Source of the DNA: Amoebophrya sp. A120
Taxonomy: Eukaryota > Protista > Dinoflagellata
NCBI GenBank assembly: GCA_905178155.1
Contig: CAJINV010000005.1
Location: forward strand, 4,381,556 to 4,445,555
Direction: 5' to 3'
DNA: 64,000 nucleotides
Positions 51,617 through 60,473 of this stretch are shown in pieces (the first letter of the stretch is position 1; each line of letters starts with the position of its first letter). The notes under the pieces are model-generated. The model was not told the DNA's origin. It saw nothing but the letters and a program-made list of their open reading frames with translations, and did no database searches. A program made the translations under genes and the position numbers.

Positions 51617-52060
51617 CTTGATGACTAGACAATGAGTACACCTGTTGCGAAGTGCTACCATAGACTGATGGTGCTTGTCGGCGCTGCGCATCTGGTAGAA
51701 TAGGTCTTGGAGTTTGATGATGGAGTCGCCAGTGACTTTGTCTTGGATCATAGAAAATTTGCTTCGGCGGGCAGCTCCTGTTTTCCAGATCTAAAACATA
51801 AAGATCAAATTAGATCGGCGGGTTGTCATAGATCGCACTAAACTCAGCAAACACCACACTCAAAGCCGCGAAATACACCGACAAACACCTAGACCACACA
51901 GTGCACATACTCGCTTGCGCATAGGTCTGTTTGACGACAATCACTTCATATTTCAAAGTCTCCTTTTGTATTTAAATTTAATTTTCCAATCTAAAAGCAG
52001 AAGCACATACTTAGACTTACACGTGTACTCTTGAAGCACATTCAGAACTCGAAAAGTACC

Positions 52061-52786
52061 ATGTCTGATCTGAAAGTTGCGTCCACTATCGAGTTCTTCT
52101 CGAACTCCGGGAAGGAAGCGGATGCCGCAGGTTTTTTGAAGGTTGCGGAGGAGGTGGTCACCAAAACCGAGCCGGGTACCAAGTTGTGGTGGGGCGTGAA
52201 GTACACGCCGATCGAACAGCTGGGGCAGTCCCCGCAGCCGGAGCGCTTTGGGATCGTTGACTTCTTCGTGGATGATGCCGCTAAGGACGCCCACTTCGCC
52301 GGGGAAGTTCCGAAGGCGGTGATGGCCAACGACCAGACGGAGGCTCCCATCGTGAAGGGCGGCCTGGACGCGATCGTGGCCTCCGCAAAGGGGTGGAGCG
52401 TGCTGGTGGCCCCGAAGGTCAACGCGGCGGAGCAGATGAACAACGCCAAGTTTCTCGGGTACCTGCCCCTGAAGGCCGGGCCCGGGCAAGAGGAAAACCT
52501 GAAGAACCTGTTGCTCGCGGGGCACCAATTAGTGACCGAGAAAGAGCCCAAGACCCCGTTCTGGGCTGCGGTGCAGAACCAGAAGGATCCGACCGAGTTT
52601 GCGATCATTGACACTTTCGACAGCATGGAGGGTGTCGCGGAGCACTTCATGGATCCAGCTGTGGTTCCGACCGCGGTGCAGGGCGCGCTGAAAGAAAACC
52701 CGACTCTGATCGAAGGCGGTTGGGAAGAAGGCGTCGTTCCGAATGTGCGTGTCCTGGAGATCGTTGCGAAGAAGATCCAGCTGTAA
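52061..52786 (+). CDS. Tandem antibiotic-biosynthesis-monooxygenase (ABM)/quinol monooxygenase-like protein
   Basis: Two internal repeats: EPGTKLWW...FGIVDFFVDDAAKDAHFAG and EPKTPFWA...FAIIDTFDSMEGVAEHF; intronless, high GC3. Confidence 0.72.
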   Translation: MSDLKVASTIEFFSNSGKEADAAGFLKVAEEVVTKTEPGTKLWWGVKYTPIEQLGQSPQPERFGIVDFFVDDAAKDAHFAGEVPKAVMANDQTEAPIVKGGLDAIVASAKGWSVLVAPKVNAAEQMNNAKFLGYLPLKAGPGQEENLKNLLLAGHQLVTEKEPKTPFWAAVQNQKDPTEFAIIDTFDSMEGVAEHFMDPAVVPTAVQGALKENPTLIEGGWEEGVVPNVRVLEIVAKKIQL

Positions 52787-53633
52787 GCGGAGACAACTTC
52801 TTCGCACTAAAACTGCTGGCTGCGAGGACGTGTGCTTGTCGTCAATTGCTTGACCGCAGACTTTTCCTGCTGCCAGGTTTGTCAGCTATCGGTGTGATAA
52901 CAAGGCGCGCTATCTTCAACACTGTCGCACTTTTACTCTAGAATCTGAGTACTTAAATCTATTACTTACATACCCCAGGTGCGTTAGGTACTACACTGTA
53001 TGATGATGTAAGTCTAACATCTATAAAGATGAGCTAAACGAAAAGGGCACCGCCACGAATTGACAAAGCTAAGTGTATAAGCCTTCTGTTGATCTGTTTT
53101 TGTAAAATGACTGACACCGAGAAGTACACGCATGAGCATATTAGCACTGAGAGCAACGGCAAACCTCCGCTGACCCAGCCAAATATGCTTGAAAGACCGT
53201 TTTTCTCCCCACTACTTAGTTTTGTAGCCGCATGGAAAAACTATTGCGATCTAATATGCCATGTTAGATCGCTCATGCAGCGCAAGTTTTGAAAAGACTT
53301 TGAAATGATGAGATAAGGCAATTTTCCGCTTCAAAAAATTGAAGATTAAGTAGCAAGCAGTCGTGCGGTGTTCTGAGGATCGCGCATTGACATTTCGAAC
53401 CCAGCGTTTTCGCACAAACTTTCTTTCTACGTCGGAAAGGATCTGTCTTTGAAAGATCGAACTGGTATCGCGTTTTCCTATCCGTCGCGTTTGGTGATGA
53501 AGAAGCTTGTCTCTATCTAGCTCCTCTACCTCGTTGTCTTTTCTCTGTCTCGGTTTGTTCGACCCTCTCAAGCGCATGTCAGACGCGATAGAGTAATTGA
53601 ATACTTGACGGCGAAAAACAAAAACAAAAAGAC

Positions 53634-55046
53634 ATGAGTGGCGCGGGGGGCATCGCGCCGGAAAATGTGGGAGGGGCCGCTGCGCAGACGATCGGCGCGA
53701 ACGGGGCAGCGGCTAGTACAGCGGCTTCCAGGTACGACACGAGCCAGATGGATTTGGCAACGCCCAAGTTAATCGAGCGGCTCATTTTGGATGCCCGCAC
53801 TGGCTACCCGAAGATATTCATTTTTGGATTGTTGCTGATTCAAATGAAGCGATTTGTTGCCGACAACCCGCCGCCCAAAGCTTCGACTGATTCTCCCGCT
53901 GGTCAGTTGGTCGGCGGAAACGGGAACGTTGCCGCGTACGTGAGTCGTTTTTTTCTTTCCTTCGTCTGCTACGCGTACGCGGGTACTGTCGCTGCGGACG
54001 TTGTTTTTTTCGCGCGCACGCCGAAGACCATGCAGAATCCGGACCTCTTCTTCGTTTGGCTGTTCTATTTTTTCCTGTACCACGTCGAATCCATCGTGTT
54101 GGACCTGTTTCGCTGCAACCTGTTTTACACGACGGGAGGAGGTTCTACTTCATCTTTGCCAACAAGCACAGGCAGCGGGAAGTCGCCCCTGGTTGCCGCC
54201 GGCTCAAGTCGCAGCCTGATGGCTCAAAGCGGTGCAGTGCAAGAGACGAATCTGTTGAAGAGCGTGCTTTCGCTGCCCGTGCGTTTCTTCCTGTTGCTAA
54301 CCAGGGTCTTCCGGGACCGGGTGCTGAATTCAGCCGCGATTCAGACAGTTGCGAAGGTGCTGTTTACGATGGACCTGACCCGCGTCAGCTTCAACGTCCT
54401 GGAGGCCTCGGAGAAGCTTGCGGGAGTAGAGGACGGAAGCAACTTCCGGAAGCAACTCTGCTTTATGAGCTGGGGAATCATGCTCTTTACCTGCGGCCCC
54501 GGCATTCTGCGCGCGGTATTTTTCGACACCAAGGCCGGGTGGAGGTCGGTGTCAGTAGCTGCTGGAGGGACTGCAGCAAGTACTATACCAAGTACAGCGA
54601 GCGGGATCGGGAATAAAATCGCTGCACCAGCTACAGGGGATGCCGCTGGTGCAGGAGTGACGGCACAGCAATCCCCTGCAGGTGCCTCAACTTCTCAGCC
54701 TGCGAAGTCGAAGAGCGTACGCCTTGAGCTCTTTTTGAAGACCAACTACCTGTTTCTGTCGATCGTTCTGGGAAACGTGTTTTTCTACTTGCACACGCTG
54801 TACAACCGATGTGCCGACTTCGTCACGGACGCCGACGTGGAACACCGGAGTTTGGCGCGGTGCCTGCACAATTACGAGGCCGTGACGAAGGTGCGTCACC
54901 CATACGTCGAGTCCGTGCTGGTCACGACCGCATTCACGTGTGCACTCGATCTGTTTCTTTACGCACTGGAGTACTACCACCGGTCGGAAACCGTGCTGTT
55001 GCAGCAGGAACAAGCGACGGCAACCAAAGCCAAGAAATTGCAGTGA
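53634..55046 (+). CDS. Multi-pass membrane protein (possibly TRIC/TMEM38-like)
   Basis: 470-aa ORF with about 6-7 hydrophobic segments; family call tentative. Confidence 0.55.
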   Translation: MSGAGGIAPENVGGAAAQTIGANGAAASTAASRYDTSQMDLATPKLIERLILDARTGYPKIFIFGLLLIQMKRFVADNPPPKASTDSPAGQLVGGNGNVAAYVSRFFLSFVCYAYAGTVAADVVFFARTPKTMQNPDLFFVWLFYFFLYHVESIVLDLFRCNLFYTTGGGSTSSLPTSTGSGKSPLVAAGSSRSLMAQSGAVQETNLLKSVLSLPVRFFLLLTRVFRDRVLNSAAIQTVAKVLFTMDLTRVSFNVLEASEKLAGVEDGSNFRKQLCFMSWGIMLFTCGPGILRAVFFDTKAGWRSVSVAAGGTAASTIPSTASGIGNKIAAPATGDAAGAGVTAQQSPAGASTSQPAKSKSVRLELFLKTNYLFLSIVLGNVFFYLHTLYNRCADFVTDADVEHRSLARCLHNYEAVTKVRHPYVESVLVTTAFTCALDLFLYALEYYHRSETVLLQQEQATATKAKKLQ

Positions 55047-55559
55047 GGAAATTATATGAACTCAAGACAGTGGTGTGTGATGATGCCCTAGAATTTACTT
55101 CTGGACATGGATCTAGTTCTAGAAGCCGCCTACGGTGTACCAAAGGCACAAAGTATGGATCGCTGCTACCAGCATTGGCTCGTCTTGTTGGAAGCCTCGC
55201 GCGACCTGGGGCTGTTCGTATCTGTGTACTGTATCCATATAAAAATGCTACGATGTTGACAATAATCTCTCTACTTACTTTCGGTATTCTTTTTCCTACA
55301 AAAGGTGTGGCACACCGGTGATGCAGCACCTGGCGCCGTCTGTTCAGCGTGAAAAACATCCCGTTTTCGATGAATTTGTAAATATCCCGTTTTGCTGCAA
55401 CATAATGGCTTGTAGTGCATGAGTGGGTTATAAATGAGTTTTCTTCCATCCCTATGTGTGTCTTCGACTTATTACTTTTCGCTTTTTTGACGAGTTGGTG
55501 AGACGGATTCAAAGCGGCGCTGCCTTGCGTCCCCTCCCCGAGTCAAACTAACAGTTATC

Positions 55560-57756
55560 ATGTCCGCCGCGCCGTCAGTCCGAGGGGCCCTTCTAGCCTT
55601 GATATCCTGAGTAAAAACGTCCCCACACCAGAGTCAAGTTGGGGATTTTGCAACACAAACCTTGAAGTTTTGGAAGCCACGCATGACAAATTGCAGGCTG
55701 TATTGTAGTGCAGTTTAGTAAGGGAAGTCGCATTACAAATCCATCTGCTTATCCTGTTTACAGCATTACAAGTTCCAAAACACGAGCGGGAATGCCTATC
55801 ATGGGGATGCGCGTTACAAGTCTTCCTGTCTTTGCAAATCTGCATTACAACTCTGGCGTGGGACCGTTTTTACTCAGGATACTTGAATGTGTTGATCTAT
55901 CTCGTTCTGTACCGGCTGAAGCAGTCTGAAATATCAAAGTGAAAAAAGCCCCCACCCCATATCGGAAACCGAAGATGCGCGAATTTGTGATGCTGTATTT
56001 GAGTACACAAATCGACTTGTATTGCTAGAAGGCCAAGAGACGAAGCTGCGGCCTAAATTGCAGGCAATCTGTCTTGCTGTTTCCCAATTCCAGTTGCCTC
56101 CTGTCATCCTGGAGCTGCAAGGCTTTCCCACGCTGGACAGCACTACTGTCCGCATCTTTTGCCTTCTAGCATCACAAAGCTGATTTGTGACCACAAACCT
56201 GCATCACAGATTTCCGTTTTGATATGGGGAGGGGGCATTTTTCATTGTAATATGAAACGAACCTGGTGTTGTGCACCCTAGAAACGCCGAAAGGGGCCGC
56301 GGCCAGTATCTCATCTGCCGGCGGCGGTGCTGCGGTTGGTACCGCGACTGCAGGGACACCACCTGCAACAAATATTAGTACTACAACAAAGAGTAGTACT
56401 CTGGCTGCAGTTCATCTTCCAGCAGAGAGCACGAAGGCGCCGGCGATCGGAGGTGCAGCTGCGCCCACTTTAATAGAGCAAGAAAAGAATGCAGCTCTGC
56501 AAGAAGCTACAACAACGACAGCAGCACCGGCGGTTGCCGCAGGAATTCCACTTCGAGACGCGGCGACAGCTGCACCGCGGTTCAACATTACTTTTTCACA
56601 GGCGTCGAAGGAGTTCGTGCCATGTACGCGCGCGTCGCAGAGTCAAAGCTCGCGGCCCGGCACGCCGTGCATGCCGCCCGCGAAGCGCTACCCCTACAAA
56701 AGCTGGACGCCGTGGCGTGCGGAGCTCGGGGAACGCATTCTCGCCGCGGTCACGCCCGAGGGGGCTGAGGCGCTTGAGAAGAAGTGCAACGGGTGGACGT
56801 TGTTTGGAGACAGCACCTGGTGCAACAAAGCCGTGAAGCCGGAAAACTGGAGCGGAGTTCCAGGTACTGCAGTCGGCCTGTCTTTCGGGGTGGAGGAGCG
56901 GGATCTGTGGAGCGAAAAAATGAGTAATTGGTTCAAAGTCCCCCTGGTGCAGCTGTTCGATTGCTTCCAGGACCCCGGGAAGTCGCCGGCGCTGACGGGG
57001 CGGGCGAATCCGCCGGCGGACACGGGGGAGTGCAACGACAACGGACCGCACTGCTATTCCGGGCGGTACGAGGGCTACCAGGTCTGCCTTTCCGAACCGG
57101 CTAGGGATGCTATCACGAAGGTGAAGAAGATTGAGCCAGGGACTTCGCTGAACAGCACGGGCATCTACCAATTTGTGCAGGGCGACGAGTCGAGGGAGCT
57201 CGACAGGTGGCGACGGAACTACACGACCTTGTCGAACGTGCTGGAGCACTGGCGGCAGCGACCACCGGTCGCGGTGCCTACTAAAAGTGTTAATACTCCT
57301 GCAGTTGTTGAACAACCTTCTGCAGCCGCTGGGAAAAATGATTCGAATCCGCCGGGAAGCAAACCTAAGTTGTCGGTCTTTTTGAAGATTGATGTAGAGG
57401 GGTCCGAATGGGGTGTGTTAGAAAAACTTGCAGCGCCGGAACACGAGATGGATCGAAACTTGATTCGGACACTGGACATGGAGGTGCACTTCGGCAGCAA
57501 TACCGATCCGCGCAAGAAGGAGTTCGGCAATAATGCCAAGGGGGGCATCAGCTTCGAAGTGAGCATCCTGGAGCGGTTGAGGAAGTACTTTTATGTCACC
57601 GGCTCCACTCTCGAGGTGTATCGAGAAGGCTGGCACCCGGACAAGGACTGTCCACAGAGTAACTGCGATGAGCCGATGCTGCACTTGGCGGGGGGCATGG
57701 GCATGGCCGCCTTTGCAGTCAGCTACGTTAACAAAGCGCTCGTGGACGGAAGTTAA
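55560..57756 (+). CDS. Type II membrane SAM-dependent methyltransferase (FkbM/METTL24-like)
   Basis: The TM anchor GALLAL|NVLIYLVLY and SE|TNLVLC appear after removing two elements; LSFGVEE, FLKIDVEGSEWGVL, LDMEVH. Confidence 0.75.
55603..55881. mobile_element. TIR introner-like element, family B (279 bp), TSD CTTGA
   Basis: TATCCTGAGTAAAAACGTCCCCAC...GTGGGACCGTTTTTACTCAGGATA; CTTGA at 55598-55602 and 55882-55886. Confidence 0.94.
55932..56252. mobile_element. TIR introner-like element, family D (321 bp), TSD TGAAA
   Basis: TATCAAAGTGAAAAAAGCCCCCACCCCATATC...GATATGGGGAGGGGGCATTTTTCATTGTAATA; TGAAA at 55927-55931 and 56253-56257. Confidence 0.92.
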
Positions 57757-58314
57757 GGAAGTTCAGGCTTTTCAATAAGCCCTTTTTTTGCCGCGAACAC
57801 GAAGGATTTTGAATCTGTGTAAAATGACTCGGCTCATTTCTCGCATGAAGCGGAAGCGATGCGAAGAAGGTCACAGACAGATGATTTTATCCCTTTTTGT
57901 CAGGAGGGACCACAAAGAAATAGACTCGGCAGTGTAGTTGGACGAAGCAATTTTCTTGGATTCAGACCCCAGGATGAGCCGGGGCGTTGCCACGGAGGCT
58001 ACATGTTTACATGGAGGAAACATGGTGTTCCGCGGTATGATTTTTTTTGACAGCAAGAGCGATGTTTGATGGTGTTCTGTTGCTGGCGTTCTCTTTTGGT
58101 GTGGCTGTTTTCACCGCAGCTCCGTTTTGTCTTGTTGTGGCAGTTTCAATCAAATTGCCAAAGCCTTTTTTCATCACGACCAACATACGTCTAAACAATC
58201 ACCACTGGAACTATAGTCGCAGCTGTGGTGTCAGAAGTAGCTGCAAGTTTACTTCTAAAAGTTTCGGCACTCCTCGTCGAACATACAGGAGATAGTGAGA
58301 ACAGTTGTACTACT

Positions 58315-59628
58315 ATGGCGCTCCACAACAAGAATAAGATGCGGTTCGAATTCGTGTACCGAGGCGCGAGCTCTGTTCTGGACCTGGACACGACAGAGTT
58401 CGTGATGGCGGCGACGTGTAACGCCGAGACGGACGCGGTATCAAATGTAAAAATGTCTGGGTCTGGAAGAGTGCAAGAGTTGTGATGCAGGTTTTCCGGG
58501 ACACACGAGGTCTGGAATGCGAGACCCAGCATGACAGATTCTTTGAGGTCTCTACCATGCCTTTCCTGCATGAGAAACTCCCCCGCAATACTTGGTCAAA
58601 AGCGGACAGCTTTTGGCACTCACGCAACACAGATTTTTGCATCATTCAGATTTAGGATGACAAGTTCTAATCTTCCAGACCCAGACACTTTTGCATTTGA
58701 TACGCGGCCACGGTCGACGACTTGGTGGCCTGTTTGGATGAGGAGCTGGAAAAGGGGTTCCAGCTGAAATCCACATATCAACCGCAAATATGTCTGGGTC
58801 TGGAAGGTTGGAACTTGTGACGCTAACTTTGGACTCTAAAAGAATCTCTATTGCATGACCAGCAAGAGGAGTCTAGTTTGTGCTACGCGGGGAGGCATTT
58901 GTCATGCGGCGTAGGCACCATCAGGAAGCCCTCTAAAAATCTGTGATGCTAGGTTGTGCATTACAGACATCCTGGGTCATGCAAAATATGCTGAGAAACC
59001 CGGCAACATTCCAGACCCAGACATTTCTGCATTTGATACCACACGGCTGACCACCAACAAAGATACGTCCGACGAGCGCATCTGGTTGGGTTTTTTCCCG
59101 GTGGCGGATCTGCTCGCTGCGGGTGGTCCGGTATTTGTGGATGTGGAGCAGGTTGCGCCCGGTAGTGGAGCTGCTGCGACCGGCTTTCCACGGTCGGCGG
59201 CGGCGCGTGCAACCCTGAATGAGGGTCGTGCGCCGCAGAACTGTCTTGACACCACGCCGGCGTCTTCCAAGCAAGTCCAGGCAGGAATGAACAACGATCA
59301 AGAAGGAAACGCCGAAGATCATCCGCGTGGAAAGAACAACTACAACACCGAGGTGAATGGCGACAAGAAACCGGCGCTGCCGACTTTTCTGCAGGAAATG
59401 GGAAAGCAAATGGCCGAAACGGTGCTGAAGCAGCAAAATGTTAAGGAAACTGTGCTGCCGCACTTACAAGACCTGGCGACGGGGGACCCCAGCAAGCTGC
59501 AGAACATGCTCGAGAATCACCCCATGCTGTCGCACCTGCGTGGCCAGCTGTCCGACCCGGACAAACTCCAAAAAATGCAGCAGCGCATGCAGGAACGGCT
59601 GCAAAGCCTGCAGGGCTCTGGGGCGTGA
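58315..59628 (+). CDS. Hypothetical protein with a C-terminal STI1/DP-like repeat
   Basis: ETDA|ATVDDLV...QLKST|RLTTN joins after removing two elements; DPSKLQNMLENHPML...DPDKLQKM. Confidence 0.6.
58439..58702. mobile_element. TIR introner-like element, family A (264 bp), TSD CGCGG
   Basis: TATCAAATGTAAAAATGTCTGGGTCTGGAAGA...TCTTCCAGACCCAGACACTTTTGCATTTGATA; CGCGG at 58434-58438 and 58703-58707. Confidence 0.94.
58776..59038. mobile_element. TIR introner-like element, family A (263 bp), TSD CCACA
   Basis: TATCAACCGCAAATATGTCTGGGTCTGGAA...TTCCAGACCCAGACATTTCTGCATTTGATA; CCACA at 58771-58775 and 59039-59043. Confidence 0.93.
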
Positions 59629-60473
59629 AGGGTTCGATAGAAAGACTCTTTTTATATCCTGCGAGCGGGCTGAGCACGTGACGATGTGGCGAATATGCAA
59701 ACTCATGTTACTGACGTCACAAACTGGTGCGTAAAGTGGTTTATATTTTCGAGTTTTTCACACAAAAAGAAAAAATAGGGTACGGCTGATGAAAAAGAAA
59801 AGCAACCAAATGCATCTGAAGGCAGAAGAGCCACGACTTGCTTCTTGAGCGTACTCTACAATGTAGGATATCTCCAGCTGTGAGTTGTCATTGCCATTTG
59901 AGTGAGCGATGCGGGAAATAACAGAGCGATGCGCGAGAAGATATTTAGACGATCGGAGGGAGAAAAATGAGAGCGATCGAGTGAGCGTGGTGCAAGAGCC
60001 CGGTGCAAAATAATCGTCAGAGAGCGAGTTTTTTGGAAATAAAAATGTTTTTCGAAACGGTTTTCACTTCGTGCGTCATTTTGCAATGGCTGTGACTGAT
60101 CTCTGGAGGAGTCGGTTGCTGCATATGCTATTTTTGAGTCTATCTCAGCTTTTTTCTTTCTCCGCCAAAGGGCACACTGCCAACATCATCATCAGCTTTT
60201 TTCTTTCCGATCAAGCAACAGGAACGAAGATCTCCATGGATCAATTTTGCGCCCATTTATTTGGGTTTTTTTGGAACTTTATTACTCCCCATGAGTTCAT
60301 TCCCCTTGCCTCCGGCGATCATTTTTTGTGCTATTTTTCTTGAGGCACTATTTCATTGGATTTTTGTCTCCACTTTCACACACTGACTCTTACAATTTGT
60401 GATTTTGCCGACCCCGCCCCTTTTCTTTTTCCCCAATTGAATATCCGTTCGCGGATTTTTGAGGGACTATAAA

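Noticed and set aside
1455-59038. Recurring GTCTGGGTCTGGAAG repeat as a CRISPR array or bacterial REP
   Set aside because: Copies are dispersed inverted pairs about 250 bp apart with TSDs; there is no repeat-spacer array, no cas gene, and the context is eukaryotic
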